Positions 17,326 through 26,168 of a stretch of DNA of 64,000 nt are shown piece after piece. The stretch lies in the NCBI GenBank assembly GCA_022820645.1, contig JAJEFD010000006.1, forward strand, positions 79,537 through 143,536, written 5' to 3'. Source of the DNA: Dehalococcoidia bacterium (GTDB taxonomy: Bacteria > Chloroflexota > Dehalococcoidia > Lucifugimonadales > Australimonadaceae). A program made the position numbers and the translations under genes. Positions within the stretch are counted from its first letter, which is position 1. Each line of letters opens with the position of its first letter. Under the pieces are notes generated by a model. That model searched no databases, had not been told where the DNA came from, and was given only the letters and a program-made list of their open reading frames with translations.

Positions 17326-18012
17326 TCACGCCTTGTAGTAGACCGGCACCGCCGCGCCAGAGACGGCGCGCGCCTCCTCCGATGCGAGGAACAGCAACAC
17401 ATTCGCCAGGTCGTCGGGCTGCACCCATCGCTCCGCCTTCGCGTCCGGCATCGCTGCGCGGTTCGCGGGCGTGTCGATGATGCTCGGCAGCACCGCGTTC
17501 ACGGTGATGTCGTGCGCCTTGACCTCGGCCGCGACGGACTGCGTGAGCAGGATGACGCCGCCCTTGCTCACCGAGTAGTGCGCGACCATCGGGTCGCCAT
17601 GCAGACCGCTGCGCGCCGCGATGCTCACGATACGCCCGTAGTCTTGCGCCTTCATGTACGGCAGCACGTTCTTGATGGTGAGGAACGCGGACTTGAGGTT
17701 CAGTTGCAGCAGCCCGTCCCAGTCCGACTCGTCCATCTCCTCGACGGATGGACCGAACCGGAAGCCGCCCGCGATATTCACGAGCACGTGCGGCCCTCCG
17801 TACTCCGACGCGACACGCTCGAACAACCCCCGCACCGACGCCTCATCGAGCACGTCGGTCTCGTGGTAGACCACGGCACCTGCCTCGTCGGGCAGCGGCG
17901 CCGTGTCGGCGACTACCACCTGCGCGCCTGCCTCCGCGAACCTGCGCGAGGCCACGCGCCCCACCGCCCCGCTGCCGCCCGTCACCACCACCGTCTTGCC
18001 TGAGAAGCTCAT
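17326..18012 (-). CDS. Short-chain dehydrogenase/reductase
   Basis: TGGSGAVG Rossmann motif, NIAG, and YSVSK (YxxxK). Confidence 0.8.
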   Translation of the reverse strand: MSFSGKTVVVTGGSGAVGRVASRRFAEAGAQVVVADTAPLPDEAGAVVYHETDVLDEASVRGLFERVASEYGGPHVLVNIAGGFRFGPSVEEMDESDWDGLLQLNLKSAFLTIKNVLPYMKAQDYGRIVSIAARSGLHGDPMVAHYSVSKGGVILLTQSVAAEVKAHDITVNAVLPSIIDTPANRAAMPDAKAERWVQPDDLANVLLFLASEEARAVSGAAVPVYYKA

Positions 18013-18446
18013 GCCTGCTCCTCGATGAGCCGTCCGATGTGCGCCTTGCCCGCTTGCACGATCTCCTCGTCCTCCTCCGCGGTGCGTCCGCTGACGCCGA
18101 GCCCGCCGAGTATCGTGCCGTCCGGCGCGACGACCACCGCGCCGCCCCCGCCGATGGTGAAGTTCGGATTGCCGAAACCCGCGAGTCCCTGCGGCGACGC
18201 CTGCGCCCGCTCCGCGAAGTCGAGCGTGTCCGCGCGCATGCAGGCCGACGTGTACGCCTTCTTGATGGCGTTCTGACGGGCAAGCGCGGCGTTCACTCCG
18301 GCCTGTGCCGCGAAGCAGATCAGCTCACCACGGTCGTCCATCACGGCGATGGCGATCGGTCGTCCGCCCATCTCTTCCGCCTTGCGCAGCATCTCCGTGA
18401 GCGCCTCCCGGGACTCGGCAAGTCCCAGCGTCGTACGTGTCTTCAC
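18009..18446 (-). CDS. GlcG/HbpS-like (DUF336) heme-binding-family protein
   Basis: IAIAVMDDRGELICFAAQAG...AIKKAYTS...GGGAVVV..DGTILGGLGVSG. Overlaps both neighbours by 4 nt. Confidence 0.7.
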   Translation of the reverse strand: MKTRTTLGLAESREALTEMLRKAEEMGGRPIAIAVMDDRGELICFAAQAGVNAALARQNAIKKAYTSACMRADTLDFAERAQASPQGLAGFGNPNFTIGGGGAVVVAPDGTILGGLGVSGRTAEEDEEIVQAGKAHIGRLIEEQA

Positions 18447-18871
18447 GACAGCCCTCCCTGCAACGCAGCCAGCGCAGCTCGGGCAAGGCGCTCGTCGAGT
18501 TCGCGATCGGAGCCCTGGACGCCGATAGCGCCCACGACGGCCCCTTGCCCTGCCGCACGCACGACAACACCGCCATGCGCAGCGCCCACGAACCCATCGT
18601 CGAACTCGGCGGCGCTCATCCCGCGTCCGGCACGGTAGGCGGCGAACTCGCTCAGGTCCGCGCCCACACGCGACGCCGTGTACGCCTTCCGGATAGCGTG
18701 ACGCCGCTGGAAGATGGGCGTGCCGTCCGCGCGGGCGAACGCCACGAGGTCTCCGTTGTCGTCAACGACAGCAACGGCCAGTGGCCCCGCGCCCTCTGCA
18801 GAACCCGCCTCGATCGCGGCGTCCACGGCACGCAGCGCGTCCTCCACGTCCATCACCTGCCGGTCGTACAT
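18443..18871 (-). CDS. GlcG/HbpS-like (DUF336) protein, second paralogue
   Basis: LAVAVVDDNGDLVAFARADG...AIRKAYTAS...GAIGVQG. Confidence 0.7.
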   Translation of the reverse strand: MYDRQVMDVEDALRAVDAAIEAGSAEGAGPLAVAVVDDNGDLVAFARADGTPIFQRRHAIRKAYTASRVGADLSEFAAYRAGRGMSAAEFDDGFVGAAHGGVVVRAAGQGAVVGAIGVQGSDRELDERLARAALAALQGGLS

Positions 18872-18927
18872 CTCTCCTCCACCGGTTGTCGTGCCTGCGC
18901 AGTGTAGTCGAGGAACCGCTCAACGCA

Positions 18928-18955
18928 AGAGGAGCGCCCGCTTGGGCGCTCCTCT
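18928..18955 (-). terminator. Stem-loop downstream of the TctC-like gene
   Basis: Perfect 12-bp stem AGAGGAGCGCCC / GGGCGCTCCTCT with a 4-nt loop. On the minus strand it is followed by TTGCGTTG. Confidence 0.55.
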
Positions 18956-18978
18956 GTACATGGTCTACTACCCGGGAC

Positions 18979-20265
18979 CTAGCTCGGGAAGAGGCCGCGG
19001 ATGATGTCCAGGGTCTCATCCGGAAGGCCTGCGAACGATTCCACCTGCGCCTGGTACTGGTCGCCGGTGCGCAAGCCAACGTCGTATCGCCGGGACTTCA
19101 TGTCCGCCACGAAGTCGTCGCTCGACACCACGCGCTCGAACGCGGCGCGCATCTCGTTCACGATGTTGCCCGGCGTCTGCGCCGGCATGGCGTAGATGCG
19201 GCTGGACGCCGCTGCGGCCATCAACGCGTCGAAAGCGTTCAGGTAGTCGTTACCCGTGCCGAAACGCTCTTCCGCGATCTCCCTGATGGACTTGACCCAC
19301 CCGTACTTGCCTTCCGCCTTGCCGGCCTTGATCCACTCCGGCTCCATGATCGTGTAGAAGAGCGGGGTCGCGTAGCCCTCGGCCCATTCCGGGTTCTGCG
19401 CGACCTGAGAGTCGCGGCAGGTAGGCGTTACGTCGATCTCGCGCCGGTTGAAGGCCGCGTCCATGTCGGACGTGCCCGTGTAGCCGAACACGCGCTCGAA
19501 CGGGAAGCCGACCTGCACGGCCCACTCGGAAGAGGTCGCGTACGTGTCCACCCGGCCGATCTGGCCGAGGGTGAAGTTGCCCGCGAGGTAGTCGTCAAGG
19601 TTGTCCGCAAGGTCGGAGCGGATGCACCACGTCTGGTCGCTGGGAGTGTAGTCCGGAGCGCCGAGGTAGACGAGGTCGTTCGCCGCGTCGAACTCGGACA
19701 CACCGCCGAGGATGGACTGCTGGATCAGGGTGGAGATGACCACTACGATGTCCACCTGGTTGTCCCTGTAGTCCTTGTCGATAACGGAGCGGACGGCAAC
19801 GAGCGTGTTAGCGCCGGGCTTGTTGCTCACAAAGACGTTGGGGTTGCCCCTGAGCTCGTCCGAGAGATGGTGCGCGAAGATGCGGGCGAACGTATCGAAC
19901 CCGCCGCCGGGTGCATAACCGACGGTGATCTGCACCGTCTTGCCGGAGAAGTCCACCTGCTCCTCAACCGGGATGGGCGTCGGAGTCGGCCGCGGCGTCG
20001 GTGTGGGGTCCGCCGTCTCCGTCATCGCTTCCGGAGTGGGGGTCGCCTCGTCCTCCATCATCGCCTCGGCGGTGGGAGTTGGCTCCTCCGCCATCATTGC
20101 AGCGGTGGGGGTCGCGGTTGGGGCGGCAGGCTGGGCGGGAGTGTCCGGCTGGGGAGTCGGAGTGGGGTCCTCCTCACCTCCGCAGGCCACGACGAGCATC
20201 GCCATCACGGCTGCAAGCGCGAACAGGCCGACTGCCCGTTTAGCTGTCATCAATGCAGTGCGCAT
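18979..20265 (-). CDS. tctC: Tripartite tricarboxylate transporter substrate-binding lipoprotein (TctC/Bug family) with a long Pro/Thr/Ala linker
   Basis: Start at MRTALMTAKR (RBS GAGGAGG). Lipobox VVAC, about 80-aa PT-rich linker, then a TctC-like core: VGYAPGGGFDTFARIFAHHLSDELRGNPNVFVSNKPGANT. Confidence 0.7.
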   Translation of the reverse strand: MRTALMTAKRAVGLFALAAVMAMLVVACGGEEDPTPTPQPDTPAQPAAPTATPTAAMMAEEPTPTAEAMMEDEATPTPEAMTETADPTPTPRPTPTPIPVEEQVDFSGKTVQITVGYAPGGGFDTFARIFAHHLSDELRGNPNVFVSNKPGANTLVAVRSVIDKDYRDNQVDIVVVISTLIQQSILGGVSEFDAANDLVYLGAPDYTPSDQTWCIRSDLADNLDDYLAGNFTLGQIGRVDTYATSSEWAVQVGFPFERVFGYTGTSDMDAAFNRREIDVTPTCRDSQVAQNPEWAEGYATPLFYTIMEPEWIKAGKAEGKYGWVKSIREIAEERFGTGNDYLNAFDALMAAAASSRIYAMPAQTPGNIVNEMRAAFERVVSSDDFVADMKSRRYDVGLRTGDQYQAQVESFAGLPDETLDIIRGLFPS

Positions 20266-20389
20266 CTGTCCTCCTCGGAACGCTGTTCTTCCCAAGATCG
20301 CGTCTACGCGCGTTGACGCAAAATGCTAGCACGACAGGTGCCATCCGTCTACGCGCAACCCTCTAACCGAAGAGTGGGTCGAAGATCGG

Positions 20390-22597
20390 TCAGATAAGCC
20401 GGTCCCAGAACTGCGTGATCGTCTCCCTGCCCTTCAGGATGTCCGGGATGAAGTCCCCCAGCACCGGGTCTATCCACGGGATGTGGATGATGAGATCGAA
20501 GAAGCCGTAGATCAGCACGAGGAAGACGATGAGCCACCCCAGGGCGACCCACCAGCGAACGCGCCCGAAGATGAGCAGGTAGAGGAAGACGTATCCGGGC
20601 AGGGCGATCTGGAAGCCGATGAGCCATATCGCCAGAACGAGCCCGAACGTAGTGCCGATGGCCTTCGCCGTGCGGCGCATGAGGACGCGGCGGTCGTCGT
20701 CGGTGCGGGTCCTCCCGATGTCCATGATGCGGCCCCCTCCGGACGAGGGAAAGGCAAAGTGGAACACAGTGTAGATGCCGGTGAGCACGAGCCCCACTAC
20801 GGTAATCACGCGGGGGAGACGGGCCGCCTCGTTCGTCCATCCGAACGATTGCCAGAGTGTAAACGCGAAAGCGAACACCAGAAGTGCGATGAACACGCCA
20901 CTTGGAGTCGGCTGCAGCAGCTCCGACAGCAACGGGCGCTTTCGCGTCCGCACAGGTTCGGCCTGGGCGGCCTCCGTCGCGTCATCGCTGGCGCCTGCGG
21001 GTGGAGGCTGAGCAGCCTCCGTGCGGGTTGCGAACTCGGCTTCCTGCCTCGCCATGGTGCGGTTCACACTGCGTTGCATACGCACCGTGTAGGCGGCGGT
21101 GCCCACGGCGATGGCGATGATGATGATGACGGCCGGGCGTGTGAAGACCCCCTCCGTCGGATTGGAGAAGTTCACCCAGTCGAACGCGCCGCTGGAAATA
21201 CCGTAGAAGCGCTCGATGATGCCCCCAAGGATGACGGCGATGATGATGGGCGGACGCGGCCATCCATAGGACTTCATGAAGTAGCCGAGAGCGCCGAACG
21301 CCAGCATCACGACGAGATCGTAGATCGAGCGGTTCGCCTGGAACGCGGCAATCGTCATCACGGCAAGGATGATTGGGACAAGGATGTTCGGTCGAACGAA
21401 AGCGATACGCGTGAGCAGCGGCGTGAATCCAAGCGCCATTCCGGTGGCAAGTACGTTCGCCATCACCAGCGATATCGCTATCGTCATGGTGAGCGGGAGC
21501 TGGTTGTTCAACATGTCCGGACCGGGACGCACGTCCAGGATGATGAGCAGGCCGAGGAAGAGCGCCATACCGACCGAACCCGGCACCCCGAAGAAGAGCG
21601 TCGGCACCAGCTGGCCTCCGTCCACGGCGTTATTCGCCGACTCGGGCGCGATGACGCCCCGTATATCCCCTGTTCCGAACGTCTCCGTGCCGCCGCGCAC
21701 GGTCTGACGCGCCGAGGCGTATGACAACCATTGCGCCAGCGAGCCACCGATGCCCGGCAGCAGCCCGACGAACACACCCATGGCGGCGGAGCGTATGACG
21801 AGGAGCCAGTTCCGCAGTACGGAGGTCATCCCCTCGCGGCGCTGCGCGGACGCGTCGATCGTGGAAGTCTCCGCACGGCGGGCGATGGACACGTCGCTGA
21901 CCACCATGTCGAAGAACTCGGGGATGGCGAAGAGGCCGATGACCACCGGGATGATGTGGATGCCGTCCCAGAGGTAGTTCTGCCCGAACGTCAGGCGGTG
22001 CGCGCCCGTGGCGTCGTCATAGCCGACGCTGGCGATGAGCAGGCCGAACGCGCCCGCGATGAGGCCCCGCAGCAGCGCCCCACTGCTGACAACGCCGACC
22101 ACGGCGATGGCGACGAGGCCGAGGACGAAGAACTCCGCCGCGCTGAACGTGTTGACGACAGGCCGGGCAACGGGAATGGTCATGAACAGGAATATCGCGC
22201 CGATGATGCCGCCCAGCAGCGACGCGAAGTAGGCCGCGGAGAGCGCCACGCCTGCCCTGCCCCGTCGAGCGAGCGGGTTGCCGTCCAGGATCGTCGCCTG
22301 GCCGGAGGTTGAGCCGGGCATGCCGAGCAGCACGGCGGGCAGCGTGTCGCCCGTCGGCACTGTCGCCACCATCCCGATGGCGAGTGGCAACGCGATGTAC
22401 GGGTCGAGCCCGTAGGCGAAGCCAAGGAGCACGATGAGGCTGGGCACGGCACCGCCGGGCATCGCGCCGTTCAGTACGCCAACGACCACCCCCACGATGA
22501 GCGCGAGGATGGGCCTCCAGTCGGCGAGGTTGCCAATGGCCTCCCCGCCCGCATCGAACATCGCGGGAAAGCCTTCCAGGATCGAATCTATGAACAT
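20390..22597 (-). CDS. tctA: TTT large permease TctA with a fused C-terminal 4-TM module (TctB-like)
   Basis: The N-terminal ~500 aa are TctA-like (LIVLLGFAYGLDP, LLGMPGSTSGQATILDG). A hydrophilic linker follows (EAAQPPPAGASDDATEAAQAEP), then about 190 aa with 4 predicted TM helices. Total 735 aa. Confidence 0.75.
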   Translation of the reverse strand: MFIDSILEGFPAMFDAGGEAIGNLADWRPILALIVGVVVGVLNGAMPGGAVPSLIVLLGFAYGLDPYIALPLAIGMVATVPTGDTLPAVLLGMPGSTSGQATILDGNPLARRGRAGVALSAAYFASLLGGIIGAIFLFMTIPVARPVVNTFSAAEFFVLGLVAIAVVGVVSSGALLRGLIAGAFGLLIASVGYDDATGAHRLTFGQNYLWDGIHIIPVVIGLFAIPEFFDMVVSDVSIARRAETSTIDASAQRREGMTSVLRNWLLVIRSAAMGVFVGLLPGIGGSLAQWLSYASARQTVRGGTETFGTGDIRGVIAPESANNAVDGGQLVPTLFFGVPGSVGMALFLGLLIILDVRPGPDMLNNQLPLTMTIAISLVMANVLATGMALGFTPLLTRIAFVRPNILVPIILAVMTIAAFQANRSIYDLVVMLAFGALGYFMKSYGWPRPPIIIAVILGGIIERFYGISSGAFDWVNFSNPTEGVFTRPAVIIIIAIAVGTAAYTVRMQRSVNRTMARQEAEFATRTEAAQPPPAGASDDATEAAQAEPVRTRKRPLLSELLQPTPSGVFIALLVFAFAFTLWQSFGWTNEAARLPRVITVVGLVLTGIYTVFHFAFPSSGGGRIMDIGRTRTDDDRRVLMRRTAKAIGTTFGLVLAIWLIGFQIALPGYVFLYLLIFGRVRWWVALGWLIVFLVLIYGFFDLIIHIPWIDPVLGDFIPDILKGRETITQFWDRLI

Positions 22598-22603
22598 GCC
22601 GGA

Positions 22604-23971
22604 CTATGCTCGCTGTAGCCGCACCTCTTCGTAGCGGCGGTAGATCTCCAGTATCTGGTTCAGCGCGGGACTGTACCTGTCCATGTGGTAGTGGCTCAAC
22701 TTGAATCCTGCGTTGTCTCCCACCACGGCAGTCATGTCCCCCATCTCTGTCAGGCTCATCCGGTGGTCATCCTTCTCAGAGAATGCAGAGCGGGTGACCG
22801 GCCCCGGCAGTACGTTGACCGGCAGGTCTATCCGTTCATTCACAGCGGGGTCCCGGAACACGTTTATCGGGTCGCCGCCGTCCTGCACGATCTTCATCTG
22901 GTCCATCAGCAGTTTGCGGAACATGATGACGCCGCGGTCGGAGACGCCGAGGCGTTCGTTCTCGCGGTCGGCGATGGCTCCCTGGCTCCACCATGCCGCC
23001 AGGTCCTGCGCGAGGACGTAGTCGGCGATGGGGCGCCCCGCCTCATCGAACAGCGGATGCTCGAAGTAGGGTACGTAGTCCTGCTCCGGCACCTCCACGT
23101 CCGGCCCGGGGCAGTACGCCATGTAGTCCAGGTGCAGCGTGTGCTCGTCGTCCATCGGCACTCGTATCTGCAGCTCGCTGCGTATCTTCCCGCCGAGGCG
23201 GACGAAGTACGGGAACACGAGCGGGTGGCCTATCGTCCAGTCCGGTGTGTCTTCGGCTTCACCCTCACGGAGACGGTACTTCTGGATACCCCACTCGTTC
23301 ACTTCCCACTCCGTTTTCAGGTGGCGGACCTTGAACGAGTCTGCATGCTCCTGTGCGATCGCATCGTGCTCCGGATTGCCGGTGCCGCCGCCGCGGTCCA
23401 GAACGTGGTACTCGAACCACCAGCCGTGCGTGTACTCGGTGTGCGAGGTGTCGACCGAGTTCTCCATGCACTGGAGCCAGTTGGCGTTCAGCACGGAGGC
23501 GCCGACGTGCCGGTACGTGTTGTCCCAGACGAGCACGTCCCAGCGCGGGAGGAGCGGCACGGGCTCCGGGCCCAGGTAGGCGAATATCAGCCCGCCCAGC
23601 TCCTGCACCGGGTACGACTTGATGCGCACCTTCTCGTTGAAGTGCGAGCCTTCCGGCTCCGTCGGCTGGTCTACGCACTGGCCGTTCACGTCGTACATCC
23701 AGCCGTGATACATGCAGCGCAGACCCTCCTCGGTGGGGATCCCGATGGAGAGGTCGACGCGCCGGTGCGCGCAGCGCCGGTCCACGAGGCCGATCCTGCC
23801 GCTCTTGTCCTTGAAGAGCGTCAGATCCTCGCCGAGCAGACGCACGGATATGACGGGGTCGCGAAGCAGCCGTCCGTTGCTGGTGACAGGCCACCAGTAG
23901 CGGCGGAGCAGTTCGCCCATGGGCGTGCCCGCGCCGGTCTGCGTCAGCAGTACGTTCTCTTCCGCACGCAT
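22604..23971 (-). CDS. Rieske [2Fe-2S] non-heme-iron oxygenase, alpha subunit (phthalate-family, alpha-only type) - R0
   Basis: Rieske motif CAHRRVDLSIGIPTEEGLRCMYHGW, mononuclear-iron motif NSVDTSHTEYTH, strong RBS AAGGAGGAG. Confidence 0.85.
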   Translation of the reverse strand: MRAEENVLLTQTGAGTPMGELLRRYWWPVTSNGRLLRDPVISVRLLGEDLTLFKDKSGRIGLVDRRCAHRRVDLSIGIPTEEGLRCMYHGWMYDVNGQCVDQPTEPEGSHFNEKVRIKSYPVQELGGLIFAYLGPEPVPLLPRWDVLVWDNTYRHVGASVLNANWLQCMENSVDTSHTEYTHGWWFEYHVLDRGGGTGNPEHDAIAQEHADSFKVRHLKTEWEVNEWGIQKYRLREGEAEDTPDWTIGHPLVFPYFVRLGGKIRSELQIRVPMDDEHTLHLDYMAYCPGPDVEVPEQDYVPYFEHPLFDEAGRPIADYVLAQDLAAWWSQGAIADRENERLGVSDRGVIMFRKLLMDQMKIVQDGGDPINVFRDPAVNERIDLPVNVLPGPVTRSAFSEKDDHRMSLTEMGDMTAVVGDNAGFKLSHYHMDRYSPALNQILEIYRRYEEVRLQRA

Positions 23972-24012
23972 CGGTGCTCCTCCTTACGCAGGCGTCGCGC
24001 AGGCAGCGCGGC

Positions 24013-25005
24013 CTACTGGTCCATCGTGTTCTTGGCGAACACGTCCTCCAGATTCGCAAGCTTCGGCGTGAGTCCCTGCTCGAACGAGTACTGCGCCGCC
24101 GTCTCGAGCACGAGCCGGTTCGCGCGGATGCCGTGCTGCACCAGCGGCTGCTTGAGCGCTGCGCCGCCTTCCGCGTTCACGAGTCCGGTCTCGACGTAGT
24201 AGTCGACGTGCTCGGCCCGCTCGCGGTTGCAGATGTCGTTCGCCCGGTTGAACGCCTTCATCAGGTTGAGCAGCACCCACGGGTGGTCCTCGGCGATCTC
24301 CCGCTTCACGACCATGCCGTGGTTGATGGGGTAAAGGCCTGTCTTCTGGTAGAAGCGGATGCCCTCGGCCCGCGCGTCCGGGAACAATGGCGCGATGTCC
24401 GGGTGACTCCAGAGGTCGGCGGTGCTGCGGTCGATGAGGTTGGGGTCGACGATGTAGAGCAGCGTCGCCTCCAGCTCGCCGGAGAGCATCATGGAGCCGA
24501 TGTTCTTCTCCAGCGGGATCTGGTTGACCGTGACGCCTTCCGGGGGCTTGAAGCCGGTGGAGCCGCCATGGCTCTGCTCCGGCACACGCTCCATGAAGAA
24601 CTCCATGTCCTTCGGCTCGACACCGAACTCGTGCTGGAGCACGCCGCGCGTCCAGAGCGCCGCGGTCTGCTGGTACTCGGGCACGCCTACGCGCTTGCCC
24701 TTCAGGTCGGCGGGCGACTGGATGCCGGAGTCCTTGCGGATGAGGACGCCGGTGTGGAAGAACCGGCGCGTCGTGAAGACCGGCAGGCCCACCCAGCGAT
24801 CGTCGCCCGCCGCCATCGCCATGATGAGCGACGAGAACGACATCTCCGAGACGTCGAAGTCGCCGAACTTCAACTGGCGCCAGAAGAGCTCCGACGCGTG
24901 CACCGGGCTCGGGATGAGCTCGATGCCGTCCGGCTTGATGCGGCCGTCGTGGATCGCCCACGTCCGGGGGTTGGATGCCATGCCTATGCTGAGCTGAATA
25001 TCCAT
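24013..25005 (-). CDS. 4,5-dihydroxyphthalate decarboxylase-like protein (cytosolic periplasmic-binding-protein fold)
   Basis: No signal peptide. IKPDGIELIPSPVHASELFWRQLKFGDFDVSEMSFSS...LPVFTTRRFFH...DLKGKRVGVPEYQQTAALWTRGVLQHEFGV matches my memory of Pht5/PhtD-type decarboxylases. Confidence 0.6.
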   Translation of the reverse strand: MDIQLSIGMASNPRTWAIHDGRIKPDGIELIPSPVHASELFWRQLKFGDFDVSEMSFSSLIMAMAAGDDRWVGLPVFTTRRFFHTGVLIRKDSGIQSPADLKGKRVGVPEYQQTAALWTRGVLQHEFGVEPKDMEFFMERVPEQSHGGSTGFKPPEGVTVNQIPLEKNIGSMMLSGELEATLLYIVDPNLIDRSTADLWSHPDIAPLFPDARAEGIRFYQKTGLYPINHGMVVKREIAEDHPWVLLNLMKAFNRANDICNRERAEHVDYYVETGLVNAEGGAALKQPLVQHGIRANRLVLETAAQYSFEQGLTPKLANLEDVFAKNTMDQ

Positions 25006-25035
25006 CTGTTTGTGCCTCCTCCGGCTGATTGTGGC

Positions 25036-26085
25036 CTACAGGCCCGATATGAACTGCTCTTCCTGGTCCCACTTCCCAACGTTGGAGCGCCACACCATGT
25101 CGAGACGCGCCATGTCTTCATCGCTTATCGGCGGCGCTCCGGAGCAGCCTGCCGCCTCCTCCAGGTGCGACATCTCCGAGAACCCGCCCAGCACCGTCGT
25201 AACCGCGTCGTCCTGCAGGATGAAGCGGTACGCGGCTTGCGAGAGCGTCTGTCCGGGGCGGGAGAGGAACGCGAACGGGCGGGCGCGCTCCACCATCGCC
25301 TGGTACATGTCCGCGTTGCGCGTGAGCCCGCCGCCTGCGAGGGCGTGCCTGCCGCCTCCGCTCACCGCGTGGTCGGTCAGCACGCCGCCTCCGAGCGGAC
25401 GTATCACCGCCGTGCCTATGCCCAACTCCTGTGCCCGGCGCAGGAACTGCCCGTAGTCGTGCTGCACGTCCAGACCGTCGGGCGTCGGCAGCCCGGCGGT
25501 CGGGTTCAGGAGGTCGTACCACACGTTCAGCATGTGGAACTCGCCCGTCTCCATGAGCGCCATCACCGCGTCAGCATTCGCGTCCTCGTTTGCGAAGCCG
25601 AAAAAGCGCGTCTTGCCCGCGCGGCGCAGCCGCTCCATCCCCTCGAGCGCACCACCGGGGCCGAGGTAGTCGTCGAGTCCAAGGTGCAGCCAGCCGGGGA
25701 CGGTGGTGTCGGTCTCGATGCTCGGGGGGTTGTGGATCTGGAGCACGTCTACGTAGTCCACCTGCAGGCGCTCCAGCGACTCCTCCAGCGATTCGACGAC
25801 CGCATCCGCGATGTGGTCGAGCTCGTCGGGCATGACCTCGACCTTCGTGGCGAGGACCGGGCGGAACCCGATCTCGCGCATCGCCTTACCGATGTTCGTC
25901 TCGGCGAGGCCCTTGCCGTAGTCGGGTGAGGTGTCGAAGTAGTTGATGCCGAGTTCGAGCGCTCGTTCGATGGCCTCGAGCTGCTCTCGCGGTTCGCCCT
26001 TCACGAGCAGACCGGCGTTGTCGCCCGAGCCGAAACCGACCTCGGAGACGCGGATGCCGGTAGCCCCCATCATGCGGTATCGCAA
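25036..26085 (-). CDS. Aldo/keto reductase
   Basis: MRYRMMGATGIRVSEVGFG...INYFDTSPDYGKG... TTG start preceded by GGAGGTGAGG. Confidence 0.8.
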   Translation of the reverse strand: MRYRMMGATGIRVSEVGFGSGDNAGLLVKGEPREQLEAIERALELGINYFDTSPDYGKGLAETNIGKAMREIGFRPVLATKVEVMPDELDHIADAVVESLEESLERLQVDYVDVLQIHNPPSIETDTTVPGWLHLGLDDYLGPGGALEGMERLRRAGKTRFFGFANEDANADAVMALMETGEFHMLNVWYDLLNPTAGLPTPDGLDVQHDYGQFLRRAQELGIGTAVIRPLGGGVLTDHAVSGGGRHALAGGGLTRNADMYQAMVERARPFAFLSRPGQTLSQAAYRFILQDDAVTTVLGGFSEMSHLEEAAGCSGAPPISDEDMARLDMVWRSNVGKWDQEEQFISGL

Positions 26086-26168
26086 GCCTCACCTCCGAAG
26101 CCGCGGCTCGGAGGCCATACGGCGGCGTTATCTAACGCTGTCGCGCGAGTGCGTGTCAAGGGCGCACC

